A DNA stretch of 64,000 bases, from the NCBI GenBank assembly GCA_030603385.1, contig JAUVXW010000001.1, positions 96,001 through 160,000 on the forward strand. Reading direction: 5' to 3'. Shown here in pieces: positions 10,090 through 20,250 of the stretch (position 1 is the first letter of the stretch; each line of letters begins with the position of its first letter). The notes beneath the pieces are model-generated. The model had not been told where the DNA came from and did no database searches. It saw only the letters and a program-made list of their open reading frames with translations. This DNA is from Promethearchaeota archaeon (GTDB taxonomy: Archaea; Asgardarchaeota; Lokiarchaeia; Sigyniarchaeales; SOKP01). Made by a program: the position numbers and the translations under genes.

Positions 10090-11118
10090 TTAAGAGATAG
10101 TAGAACTTTTGTTTTTAAGAATTTTTTCTGCCTTTTTAGCAAACCCAATTACAATTTCATCAACATCTAAAACTGAATCTATTAGACCACATGATTGTCC
10201 TACTGGTACTGCCCCATTATCCACATCGCCCTTAGTATAGACAATCTCATATTTATGGAAATCATCCATAAGATTCTCAATGTTGTTGAATAAACTCTTT
10301 TCATATGTAATTTTTTCTTCTTTCGTCATAACTCTACCATGTTCTAAGCAAAATCTATTTTTGATTAATCTTATTGGACCAAAGCCTCCTGTAGTTAGCA
10401 TAGTATCATTATCTGTAGCTGGAGGAATTAATGCCTTATAATTGGGATGGAATTCACTCTCCTTTGATGCTATGAATCTGGTTCCCATGACAACAGCATC
10501 AGCGCCCATGACTAGTGCTGCTGCTATTCCTTCTGGTGTTGCTATTCCACCACAAGCGACGGTTAGCATGTCAGGATATTTTTGGGTTATTTCTTGTACT
10601 AAAACTAAAGTAGTGATACCCTCATAACTCTGGTGCCCTCCGCCTTCAGTGCCAGTAGCGACAATACCATTACATCCAGATTCAACCACTTTATCTGCAA
10701 GCCATAAAGCTGGCGCTACATGAAAATGGTACATTTCGGGACATGTTTTTTGCCACAATTTAGCTGCTACTCTCGGACCTCCAGCACTCGTCAAACCATA
10801 AATCATCTGTTCTCTAATTTTTGGATTTTCCTTACGCCATTGCCCTACTTTTCTTAATAAAATCCTATGATCTGTTTGCATTCGTGCAACTCGAATATTA
10901 AATCCAAATGGTTTATCAGTAGCTTCTATAACTGTATCAATCTGATCTTTAAAATCTAAAATTGAGTTTTTTCCTTGTAAAGTAGCATGACTTATTACCC
11001 CTAATCCACCTGCTTCTGATACAGCAATGGCTAACTGAGTTGTATAAAAGGGTCCCATTGGTGCACTAATTATAGGATATTTTATCCCAAATTTTTCAGT
11101 AATTCTTGTTTTTATCAT
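10090..11118 (-). CDS. Nitronate monooxygenase / FabK-like FMN oxidoreductase
   Basis: IKYPIISAPM, AVSEAGGLGVI, GTEGGGH, ACGGI, VVMGTRFIASKES. Confidence 0.88.
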   Translation of the reverse strand: MIKTRITEKFGIKYPIISAPMGPFYTTQLAIAVSEAGGLGVISHATLQGKNSILDFKDQIDTVIEATDKPFGFNIRVARMQTDHRILLRKVGQWRKENPKIREQMIYGLTSAGGPRVAAKLWQKTCPEMYHFHVAPALWLADKVVESGCNGIVATGTEGGGHQSYEGITTLVLVQEITQKYPDMLTVACGGIATPEGIAAALVMGADAVVMGTRFIASKESEFHPNYKALIPPATDNDTMLTTGGFGPIRLIKNRFCLEHGRVMTKEEKITYEKSLFNNIENLMDDFHKYEIVYTKGDVDNGAVPVGQSCGLIDSVLDVDEIVIGFAKKAEKILKNKSSTIS

Positions 11119-11317
11119 TATTTATCCCTTTTTATTCAGTTTTCCCCTTATTCACCTTATTTATATTTTAATCATCAATTTTAAAAAGGTTTACTTTTGT
11201 ATTTATAAATCTTAAACTAATCAATTCTTAAAAATGAATTTCTATTGATGTAATCAAATAATATTTTGCTTTAGGGTTGATAGAAAATTAAGAAAAAATA
11301 GAAAGGAAATAAAATGA

Positions 11318-11935
11318 TTAAAATTTTTGTCCACATTTTTTGCAGACATTAATCTTTGAATACATAGGAGAATGACCAATATAACCTAAAACCTTAGATT
11401 TGTCTTCTTCAGTTTTTATGTCTTTCCCTACCGCACCACAGCTTGGGCAAATTAATCGATCATCACTCTTAAATTCTGTTGGTGCAGCTGGTTTTAATTC
11501 AGTCAATTCTGCTTCAACTTTATTTAAGCTAGCTTTTTGTTCTTCAATTACTTTTTCTTTTTCAGAAAGTGATTTTGTAATTTCATCTATTTTAGAGTCT
11601 TTTTCAGAGATAGAATTATTTAATTCTTCTGTTTTTTTAGACAAACCTTCAACCTGCGATTTTAGATCTCCCACTTCCGTACTGAAGTTGTCGTTTGAAG
11701 CTGTTAATTCTTTAACTTGACTATCTAACTCTGATATTTTACTCTTCCCTTGTTCCAGCTCAGAATTTAAATCAGTAATTTTTTCTTCTAAATTTTTAAT
11801 TCTTTCATCTTCTTTTGTTATAGTTGCTTTAAGGTCAAAAATTTCAGATTCATATTCATTGATTTTATTTTGTAATCCTTTTACAATTTTATCATCTAAA
11901 CTTTCTGTGAGATCTTTCATTTCATCTTGAGAAAT
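11318..11935 (-). CDS. Coiled-coil protein with C-terminal zinc ribbon
   Basis: About 140 aa heptad-rich region then CPSCG...CKKCG. AGAGGTG SD precedes an in-frame ATT at 11935; first ATG is at 11920. Confidence 0.75.
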   Translation of the reverse strand: MSQDEMKDLTESLDDKIVKGLQNKINEYESEIFDLKATITKEDERIKNLEEKITDLNSELEQGKSKISELDSQVKELTASNDNFSTEVGDLKSQVEGLSKKTEELNNSISEKDSKIDEITKSLSEKEKVIEEQKASLNKVEAELTELKPAAPTEFKSDDRLICPSCGAVGKDIKTEEDKSKVLGYIGHSPMYSKINVCKKCGQKF

Positions 11936-12193
11936 AAAAATAACACCTCTTTTTTTGTGTCTTTTTTATGAACCGTTAATTATACTATAGTAAATAAGCG
12001 ATATGTGCCAAAACGAATTTTAGCAATAATAAATAAATTCTTACAAAATCTTTATAATAAAATTAGTATTTAAGCTTTATTTTTACGATATTTTGTGTTT
12101 AGAAAAAGAAATTTTGCTTTGAAATTTCTGTAGTAATACCTACCACGGATTAATCTTAGATAATTTCCATTAAATTTTAAGAAAAATGATTCA

Positions 12194-13693
12194 TTATTCT
12201 ATAGAGATAATAGTATTTCTTTCAATATTAGAATCATATTGAACCATACATGTTTTTCCAACTATTTCTTGAGTCTCTAAAGCAAGAAGCAACTCTGGTT
12301 TAGTAACGAATGCAATACTACGACTCCCATTTTCAAGAGTACCTATTATAACTCCTCTGTTAGGTTGCCCTGATCGCTTATAAATAATAGAATATCCATC
12401 AACAATGAGTTTACCATTCGCTTTTTCAATTGGTTCCGGTAGTATTTTTTTTAAAATTGAATCTTGTATTTTAGAGTCATCCCGAACACCCCATTGTATC
12501 ATAGGTGGTTTTGTTCCATAGATCCCAATTGATTGTTTAGTGTTATATCCACCATTTGCTATAACCATCACTTTTAATGAAGGGTTGGCACGAATTGATT
12601 CAACAGTGTTGATAATTGCATGTAAAGAATAATTGCTTAAAGGAGTCCCAAAAAATGGAAGACCTCCTGTGAGTGTCAGATCACGCGGATCATCGTCTTT
12701 AATTCCAAGCTCATTCATAAAGATCTCTACAATTGAAGGAAAACAGCTATATAAGTCAAATTTATCAATATCACTTAACTTTAAACCCGCTTGTTCCAAA
12801 GCAAGGCGAGTTCCTTCTCTTGTTGCTGGAGAATCATCAAGTCGCGGACGTCGATAAATCTCATCAATATTTTTGAATGTTGCTCCTCCCATTATATATA
12901 TCCATTGTTTTCTATCAATATTAAGAAATTCAGCAATTTCTTCACTTGTAATTAAAACTGTTCCAGCTTGATCTACGAAATTGTTCGCGCACATACGCTT
13001 AGTGTAAGGGTGTACAATAAGACGATTCTCAGGTGAGGGTGTAATAATTTCTTCAGCGGTAAATTGCTTTTGAGTCCAGCTATAAGGATTTTTTGATGCA
13101 ATCTTAGAAAAATGTTCAAAGAGTTTTCCTATATATTTTTGGTGTTCCTCAATAGTTCGTCCAGATGATGCTCTTAATGCTGTTTCGAAAATTGCATAGG
13201 CAGTAGTTGCAAAATATAATTGGTAATTTATAACATCTTGAGCGATTGCCCATCTCTCCCCATTTATGTATTTTGGATCTTCTTTTTTCGGCCAATACTC
13301 AGGACGTTTCCCCTTAAATGTCTTTCGTATAGAATAGGCAGCCTCTCCGCCTGTAACGAGAATGCAACGGTGCTCTCCAGTGGCAATTGCTTTAGCGGCA
13401 CGATTAATTAACATTTGAGGACTTTGTCCTCCATCGGGCAAATAAATTTTCTCTTTAGGTGTGATATTGAGCCTTTTCCCAAGTTCCCCAGGTGCATCTT
13501 CATATAACCATGAACTGATATTCACCATATAAATTGCATCTATATAATCAACGATATTGTTAGCTTGTGTATCTTCTATTGCCTTTTGCCCCGTCTTTAC
13601 CATTAAACTAAGTGAGTCAAGAGGCTGGGGTGTGTCTCTACGTTGTGTAAACTGTGCGGCACCAATTATAACTGGATTGTTTTTTTTACTCAT
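12194..13693 (-). CDS. Thiolase-like protein (TLP1 type, with extra C-terminal domain)
   Basis: PVIIGAAQ, GGQSPQ, NFVDQA, DLYSCFP, LTLTGGLPFFG.P..NYSLHAI, ANGGY.TK. Confidence 0.85.
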   Translation of the reverse strand: MSKKNNPVIIGAAQFTQRRDTPQPLDSLSLMVKTGQKAIEDTQANNIVDYIDAIYMVNISSWLYEDAPGELGKRLNITPKEKIYLPDGGQSPQMLINRAAKAIATGEHRCILVTGGEAAYSIRKTFKGKRPEYWPKKEDPKYINGERWAIAQDVINYQLYFATTAYAIFETALRASSGRTIEEHQKYIGKLFEHFSKIASKNPYSWTQKQFTAEEIITPSPENRLIVHPYTKRMCANNFVDQAGTVLITSEEIAEFLNIDRKQWIYIMGGATFKNIDEIYRRPRLDDSPATREGTRLALEQAGLKLSDIDKFDLYSCFPSIVEIFMNELGIKDDDPRDLTLTGGLPFFGTPLSNYSLHAIINTVESIRANPSLKVMVIANGGYNTKQSIGIYGTKPPMIQWGVRDDSKIQDSILKKILPEPIEKANGKLIVDGYSIIYKRSGQPNRGVIIGTLENGSRSIAFVTKPELLLALETQEIVGKTCMVQYDSNIERNTIISIE

Positions 13694-13906
13694 AATTTAA
13701 ACTATTATATCTAATGTTTTGTTAAATTTCCAATTCATTTAAAAATTAATTAATTTTAATTATGCTTCAATATGAAATTAAAATCATACTTTATTTTAAA
13801 CTGCATTAAACAAATAAATTTAAGTTATTTCACGAGAACAATTACCATCGTTTTAAAAGCAAATTAAAATTCTTTTGCTGCTTCTTATAGATGAAAAAAA
13901 GAAGAA

Positions 13907-14191
13907 TTAACTAGGGTAATCATTTTTGGAACCCATTAGAGTGGTTGTTTCTTCGATCCATTGAGATAAATCCTTATCAACTCTACAGAAGGTAACAATT
14001 TTATCTAAATCCTTTAGTTTGCTAAATGAGCATTCTACAATTACATCCCATCCTCCATAAATGGGAGTAGCATACGTTACTTTCCAATCTCCTTCTGATT
14101 CTGTTGATTTTAAACCATTTAGTTTATCAACAACTTTCCATTCAGAACCAATTACCTTTAATCGAATTAATATATACCTCGATAATATCAT
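13907..14191 (-). CDS. Stand-alone Lrp/AsnC ligand-binding (RAM) domain protein
   Basis: YILI...V..L...IYGGWDVIV...L......IEETTTL ferredoxin-like pattern; no HTH. Confidence 0.7.
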   Translation of the reverse strand: MILSRYILIRLKVIGSEWKVVDKLNGLKSTESEGDWKVTYATPIYGGWDVIVECSFSKLKDLDKIVTFCRVDKDLSQWIEETTTLMGSKNDYPS

Positions 14192-14410
14192 TTTAAATAC
14201 CTCATTCTAATTTTTAACAAATTTATTGTTATCTTTTTAATAATTCCTTTTCTTATTTGGAATAAATACAGTTAAATTACTATTTCTTGTAGCATCTTTT
14301 TCTGTTCTAATAATTTCATTACACCTTCTCAAGAGTTTTGTTCTAAGTTTTGTCAGTAAGTTAAAAGAATTTTAAGATTAAAGATAATCCACAATTTACA
14401 CATTTAGAAC

Positions 14411-14426
14411 GAAACTTTTATATATG
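14411..14426 (+). promoter_or_regulatory. Candidate BRE-TATA promoter of the ABC operon
   Basis: GAAAC TTTTATATA about 100 nt upstream of the start at 14522; weak evidence in an AT-rich genome. Confidence 0.3.
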
Positions 14427-14521
14427 AACTATGAAATATATCATAAGTATAATTTATCCAAAAATTACAAATTAGAAAATTTATAAAATAAATTAAAACA
14501 AGAAAATGAGGTAAATTTATT

Positions 14522-15328
14522 ATGAAAAGAGAAATGGCAGTAGTTGGGATGATAGCTTGCTTAGCGGGAGGATTCTTGGCTGGATGGTTTATCCCTCCAC
14601 TTTTTGCCCCCCCAAGCGGTGAATTAATTAGTAAGATCAAATCCCGAGGGGAATTGCGTGTTGGAACTAGTACTGATTATCCACCCTTCGAATTTGATAA
14701 CATAACTTCGGGTGAGATTGAAGGCTTTGACGTCGATGTAAGCCGTTTGATTGCTGATGAAATTGGTGTTGATCTTGAAATGGTCAACATGGATTTTGAC
14801 GCTCTGATTGGTGCTTGTGCTGCAGGCACAATTGACATGATTGCGGCAGCAATGACGTACGATCCTACATCGGACATTGGACAAGAACGCGCACAGCAAC
14901 TTGCACCCTCTATACCCTATGTCACTGTTGCCCAAGTTGTCATCGTAACGGGAGATTCAGCACTCACAATTAATAATTTAACAGATCTTCTTGGATATGA
15001 TGTTGGCTGTCAATCGGGCACCGTAATGGAGGCTGAGTTGGATGATATACCCGGTATGACTTATACATCATTTGCTAGTGCTCTCGTGCTTATTCAAGAT
15101 TTAGTCAGTGGTATAGGTATCGACGCAGCATACATAGACGAGCCGGTTTTTACCACCTGGAATCAAACATACGACCTTAAAGTCATCTTAACTACGGGAA
15201 CTGATCCTCTATCGCTGTGGTGCAGACACGAGGACCCAGATCTGCTATATGTGATCAACACAGTCATCCTTACTGGGTATGAACCAAGTGGAACGATGTA
15301 TGATCTATTAGATAAGTGGTTTGGGTGA
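14522..15328 (+). CDS. Polar amino-acid ABC transporter substrate-binding protein
   Basis: N-terminal TM anchor; LRVGTSTDYPPFEF, GFDVDV, FDALI. Confidence 0.92.
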   Translation: MKREMAVVGMIACLAGGFLAGWFIPPLFAPPSGELISKIKSRGELRVGTSTDYPPFEFDNITSGEIEGFDVDVSRLIADEIGVDLEMVNMDFDALIGACAAGTIDMIAAAMTYDPTSDIGQERAQQLAPSIPYVTVAQVVIVTGDSALTINNLTDLLGYDVGCQSGTVMEAELDDIPGMTYTSFASALVLIQDLVSGIGIDAAYIDEPVFTTWNQTYDLKVILTTGTDPLSLWCRHEDPDLLYVINTVILTGYEPSGTMYDLLDKWFG

Positions 15329-16011
15329 CTGATCTTCCAACCCTCCCAGAAATTATTTTTTATATTCTGAGGAGAGGTCTGTACCATACATTGCTTTTAA
15401 CTGTTCTAGGTTTATTGATTGGGTTTATATTGGGTATATCGCTAGCGCTTATGCGTGTATATGGGGCTAAAGAACTCGCTTGGTTTTCAAGTGGTTATGA
15501 GAAGTTGTTTCGCGGCATCCCACTTATAGTTCTGATCTACGTCTTCGCTTTCGGATTGCCAGACATTTTTTGGTACATTGACCCACTTGAATTAAGGCTT
15601 GGCAGCGTAGTTTTAGCGCTTTCTCTTCGTAGTGCTGCCTACCAGTCTCAGATTTTTCGTGGAGCTATTTTATCAGTGACTCCAGGGCAAACGGAAGCTG
15701 CTCGTGCGCTAGGTATGGGGGGGTCCCAAGCTTTCCGACACATTGTAATGCCACAAGCCTTACGGCTAGCAGTACCTAGCTGGTCCAATGAATATGCGGT
15801 GGTCATTAAAGATTCATCTTTCGCTTCCGCGATTGGAATTATCGAGATGACTCAGTCGGCTTATTTTGTGTCTATAAATTTTCAAGAAATCTGGGCTTTA
15901 TCGTATTTAATTCTTGCAATTCTATATTTTTTATTTACATATCCCATAACAAGGATATTCGGTGAACGACAATCCAAGAAACTGAAGAAGTTTGGGATGG
16001 GAGGTGGCTAG
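15325..16011 (+). CDS. Amino-acid ABC transporter permease (HisM/Q family)
   Basis: [30 protein letters not shown]; GTG 15325 overlaps the upstream TGA (GTGA coupling). Confidence 0.92.
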   Translation: MTDLPTLPEIIFYILRRGLYHTLLLTVLGLLIGFILGISLALMRVYGAKELAWFSSGYEKLFRGIPLIVLIYVFAFGLPDIFWYIDPLELRLGSVVLALSLRSAAYQSQIFRGAILSVTPGQTEAARALGMGGSQAFRHIVMPQALRLAVPSWSNEYAVVIKDSSFASAIGIIEMTQSAYFVSINFQEIWALSYLILAILYFLFTYPITRIFGERQSKKLKKFGMGGG

Positions 16012-16013
16012 AG

Positions 16014-16781
16014 ATGGATAAACCTATTTTACGCGTAGTTGATATTTGGAAGTCATACGAAGATTTGCAAGTCCTCAAAGGAGTTTCATTCGAGCTGGGG
16101 GAAGGAGAGGTCAAGGTTGTCTTTGGACCAAGTGGTTCTGGTAAAAGCACGTTGCTTCGTTGCATCAATATGTTGAGCCCACCAGACAAGGGGGAGGTAT
16201 ACATCCGCGGACAGAATATTAATGCCCCTGAAGTCAATATTAATGCGATGCGGGCTAGAATCGGCATGGTATTCCAACATTTTAACCTATTTACCCATCT
16301 TAAAGCGATAGATAATGTTAGTATTGGCCTTCGCCGGGTGAAAGGTTTTTCAAAGGAAGAAGCTCGAGCGAAGGCACTTGAGGTGTTACAATCGGTTAGA
16401 ATGGAGAAATGGACTGATCATTATCCTGCTGAACTATCTGGTGGTCAACAACAACGTGTGGGCATAGCTCGCGCTTTAGCTATGGACCCGGATGTAATTT
16501 TGTTTGACGAACCTACCTCTGCTCTAGATCCTGAATTGATCGGTGAAGTACTCCAAGTGATGTTGGATATTGCTAAAGCAGGCACTACAATGATAGTTGT
16601 AACCCACGAAATGGGATTCGCTAGAGCTGTCGCATCAGAAATGATTTTTCTTGGTGATGGAGTCATCATGGAAAGCGGAACACCCGAACACTTCTTCGTC
16701 TCGCCTAAATCCGAACGAGTGAAGAATTTCCTCCGCCAGCTTGATATTTTATACGGAGGCCACGAAAAACTTTTAAAATAA
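16014..16781 (+). CDS. Amino-acid ABC transporter ATPase (GlnQ family)
   Basis: [36 protein letters not shown]. Confidence 0.95.
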   Translation: MDKPILRVVDIWKSYEDLQVLKGVSFELGEGEVKVVFGPSGSGKSTLLRCINMLSPPDKGEVYIRGQNINAPEVNINAMRARIGMVFQHFNLFTHLKAIDNVSIGLRRVKGFSKEEARAKALEVLQSVRMEKWTDHYPAELSGGQQQRVGIARALAMDPDVILFDEPTSALDPELIGEVLQVMLDIAKAGTTMIVVTHEMGFARAVASEMIFLGDGVIMESGTPEHFFVSPKSERVKNFLRQLDILYGGHEKLLK

Positions 16782-16801
16782 TCAAACGAGGAGGAACACA
16801 A

Positions 16802-17551
16802 GTGATATTACAAGATAGACCTAATCCGATAGGGGAACTCCTTATTGTACTGGAATACTGGGATCATATCTTCTCAGGTTTTTTGCTGACAATGTGGTTG
16901 TATGGATGGGCGCTTTTGATGGGTTTTTTCCTTGGTTTAATCTTGGCTAATCTCCGCCAGTATGGAGGGTGGTTTCTTTCACGTATTGCCTCAGGGTATG
17001 TCGAGTTTATACGTGGTACACCTTTGCTTGCGCAATTATTTTTTATTTATTTTCTCCCCTCTAGTCTAAATATCCCCGTTGGGGATTGGAAGATAGAGAC
17101 TAGTTTCACAATCCTAAATAAGGACATTACGATCATCCTCCTGAATTACCGAACTCTAGCCGGTCTCATTGCGTTAGGGATTAACAGTGCGGCTTATCAA
17201 GCTGAATACTTCCGTGGAGCTATTATGTCTGTAGGGACAGAACAGTTAATGGCTGCCCAATCGCTGGGCATGTCCCGTATAGCTGGCATTCGGCATATCG
17301 TGTTACCTCAAGCTTTACGTCGTGTTATCCCTGCATGGTCCAACGAAGCAGCTTATCTTCCGAAGTATACCGTTGTTGTTTATTTCATTGGAGTTAAGGA
17401 TCTTTTTTCCCAAGCACATCATGTCGTTGCATTTACGTTTATATCGCTCACTACCTATATCCTTATCGCTATCATCTTTATAGTTACAATCACACTTATT
17501 TCAAAGGGGCTGGATATCCTTCACAAAAAAACAATGATTCCGGGTCTGTAG
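16802..17551 (+). CDS. Amino-acid ABC transporter permease
   Basis: FIRGTPLLAQL, SAAYQAEYFRG, EQLMAAQSLGM; GAGGAGG SD. Confidence 0.92.
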   Translation: MILQDRPNPIGELLIVLEYWDHIFSGFLLTMWLYGWALLMGFFLGLILANLRQYGGWFLSRIASGYVEFIRGTPLLAQLFFIYFLPSSLNIPVGDWKIETSFTILNKDITIILLNYRTLAGLIALGINSAAYQAEYFRGAIMSVGTEQLMAAQSLGMSRIAGIRHIVLPQALRRVIPAWSNEAAYLPKYTVVVYFIGVKDLFSQAHHVVAFTFISLTTYILIAIIFIVTITLISKGLDILHKKTMIPGL

Positions 17552-17654
17552 ATTGTTCAAGTATAAATAAAACTTTTAAATTTTTTTTTATTTTTTTATT
17601 TACTTCTGATAATTCACAATTTTAATCCTTTTATCTAACATAATTCTTTAAAAT

Positions 17655-18495
17655 ATGAAAACAAAAGTTTACGTTATAAAAAGAAAACCTAATGAAACAA
17701 CTCAAGACGTAGTTTTAAGAACTCTTAAATTGATCACCTTAAAGGATATTTTCTCTAACTCAGAAAAAAAAAATCTTGATAAATCCAAACTGGGTAACCT
17801 CCGACCATTTTAGTACTGGAAATGTGACTTTAACAGATACTTTAGAAGGAATTATTATTTATCTCATTCAAGAATCCAAAATAAACCCAGAAAAAATAAT
17901 AGTTGCTGATGGTGGGTCTTTTGGAACATCAGAAAGATTTTTTAAGTTAAATGAAGTTTTTCGGTTAGAAGAATATGGAATCAAAATTATGAATTTGAAT
18001 AATGATGAGATTGTAAATGAAATTGAAGTACCTAATCCATTGTCTCTAAAAAGTGTAAATATTGCAAAAACAGCCCTAGATGCGAGCTGTATTATATCTG
18101 TTCCCTCATTAAAGGCACATAATATGGCGAGAACAACTTTAAGTATGAAGAACATGATGGGAACAATTTATCCGAAAAGCATTATGCACTCTAATTTACA
18201 TAAAAAAATAGCAGATTTAGTGTCTGTGTTGCGTTCTAAAATGAAATTTCAAATAATCGATGGAATAATTGGTTCAAATGGATGGGAACTAGGAGGGCAA
18301 CCTATTCAAATGGATTTAATTGTTGCTGGAGAAGATCCTGTAGCTGTTGAACGAGTTGGTAGTGAAATTATTGGTTTTGGGTTAAATAAAGTAAAATACT
18401 TAAAATTTGGAATGGAAAAACAACTCGGTACGGCAAATTTAGAACACATTGAAATAATTGGAAAATCAATAAGCGAAGTATATCACAAATTTTAA
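17655..18495 (+). pseudogene. DUF362 family protein, frameshifted at an A10 run (17764-17773)
   Basis: ATG 17655 reads MKTKVYVIKR...FSNSEKK and joins ILINPNWV...VPSLKAH...TLSMKNMMG...IIDGIIG...DPVAVE only if one A is removed. Confidence 0.75.
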
Positions 18496-18619
18496 ATTAA
18501 AAATTCTATTTTGGTCTTCTTTGAATTTTAAGTAAAAGTGTTAAATCTTTTTTCTTAAGATTATTTTATTAAACAAAACCTGATAAAATTTTTATATAGA
18601 TTTTTTAGGTGCAATAAAT

Positions 18620-19666
18620 TTGAGAATAGTTGATTTTCGTTCTGATACCGTTACTAAACCATCACCAGAAATGTGGGAGGCAGTTAAATCAATGGACAAT
18701 TCTAAACTCGGAGATGATGTTCTCGGAGAAGATCCTACTGTTAATGAACTAGAAAATAAAGCAGCAAAAATTACTGGAAAAGAAGCAGCTTTATTAGTAA
18801 CGTCGGGTACTCAAGGAAATCTTGTTTCACTTCTTTCGCAAACTAATCCTGGAAATGAAATCCTTTTAGAAGAACAAAGCCATATTTTTGGGCACGAAGT
18901 TGGAAGTGCTGCTCGTATTGGAGGCTTGATGATAAGTACATACCCTACAGAACGAGGAGTTCCATCGATTGAGCAACTTCAAGATTTAATTCGAGATAAA
19001 GAAGATATACATGAACCAGCAACAACTCTAATATCTGCAGAAGATACACATAATTTTCATGGTGGTGCGATAGTGAAGCCAGAAATCCTAAGAAGTTTGA
19101 AAGATTTTGCCCAAAGAAACGAATTAAAATTTCATTTAGATGGTGCAAGAATATTTAACGCCGCTGTAGGACTAAACATACCTGTAACAGAATTTACTAA
19201 ACAGGTAGATAGTGTAATGTTTTGTTTATCAAAGGGTTTGTCATGTCCTGTTGGATCTATAGTCGCGGGCACTAAAGAGTTTATTTCAAAAGCTCGGAAA
19301 TTTCGCAAAATGGTTGGAGGTGGTATGCGACAAGCAGGGATAATCGCCACTTTTGGGTTAGTAGCACTTGAACCTAAATGGATTAAAAGATTAGAAGAGG
19401 ATCATAAAACCGCTAAAATATTTGCTGAAGGATTGAAGGGATTTGATTTACCTATTAAAATCCATGACCCCGATACCAATATTGTTATTGTTGAATTTCT
19501 GAATAAAGTTAGAATTTTTAAAATAATTTCAGAGTTAGGAAAGGAAGGGGTCTTAGCGTTTAATATAAGTAAAGAAAAAATACGTTTTGTTACCCATTAT
19601 GGGATTCAAGAGGATGATATTCAATCTAGCATAGAAATAATAGGAAAAGTTTTACAAAATCTGTAG
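18620..19666 (+). CDS. ltaE: Low-specificity L-threonine aldolase
   Basis: DFRSDTVTKP, SGTQGN, HLDGARIFNA, FCLSKGL (PLP lysine), GGGMRQAG. Confidence 0.93.
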   Translation: MRIVDFRSDTVTKPSPEMWEAVKSMDNSKLGDDVLGEDPTVNELENKAAKITGKEAALLVTSGTQGNLVSLLSQTNPGNEILLEEQSHIFGHEVGSAARIGGLMISTYPTERGVPSIEQLQDLIRDKEDIHEPATTLISAEDTHNFHGGAIVKPEILRSLKDFAQRNELKFHLDGARIFNAAVGLNIPVTEFTKQVDSVMFCLSKGLSCPVGSIVAGTKEFISKARKFRKMVGGGMRQAGIIATFGLVALEPKWIKRLEEDHKTAKIFAEGLKGFDLPIKIHDPDTNIVIVEFLNKVRIFKIISELGKEGVLAFNISKEKIRFVTHYGIQEDDIQSSIEIIGKVLQNL

Positions 19667-19713
19667 AAAACTTAAATAGATTAAAAAAAAATAAGATTTA
19701 GTTTATGGTGAAG

Positions 19714-20244
19714 TTACTCTTTATGTAGATCTAAATCTCTTGCATTATCTTCTACTAAATCATAGTATTCAATATCAGCTAAACTTCCCTTAAGATCTTC
19801 ACTCCAGTGTACCTTTACAGGCATTCCAATATAAGTATCCTTATAATCAACTTCGGGATTCAATTCAACCATATATACTGTGTCTGCTCCATCCTGACGA
19901 ATCAACACCATTGGCTTCTCTTGAACTTTACCTGTACCTGGGTCTTTTAAATAAGCGATAGTAAAACTAGAGACCTCACCGGTTTCTCTTAAATCAACCC
20001 ATTGATTAGGTTTTATTAGACATTGTCCACATACTAGTCTTGGTGGAAAAAATACTCTATTACATCCTGGGCATTTTAACCCCACTAATTTTTTTTCTTT
20101 CAGCTTCTTTAAAAAGGGTTGCATGTGTGTAAGGTTAAATTTATATGTATAACTAGATAAATACCAGTTACCAGGCATTGTTCTTGTTTTCACATAATCC
20201 TTCTTAACATAATCTAAAGATTTCCTTTGCGTTCGTTTTGACAT
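19714..20244 (-). CDS. DUF35 (Zn-ribbon + OB-fold) thiolase/aldolase partner
   Basis: GLKCPGC.RVFFPPR..C..C, GEVSSFT, IGMPVKVHW. Confidence 0.88.
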   Translation of the reverse strand: MSKRTQRKSLDYVKKDYVKTRTMPGNWYLSSYTYKFNLTHMQPFLKKLKEKKLVGLKCPGCNRVFFPPRLVCGQCLIKPNQWVDLRETGEVSSFTIAYLKDPGTGKVQEKPMVLIRQDGADTVYMVELNPEVDYKDTYIGMPVKVHWSEDLKGSLADIEYYDLVEDNARDLDLHKE

Positions 20245-20250
20245 TTTAAA

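Noticed and set aside
12124-12136. ATTTCTGTAGTAA shared with the intergenic region near 59905
   Set aside because: Only two AT-rich 13-mers with no flanking similarity; compatible with chance.
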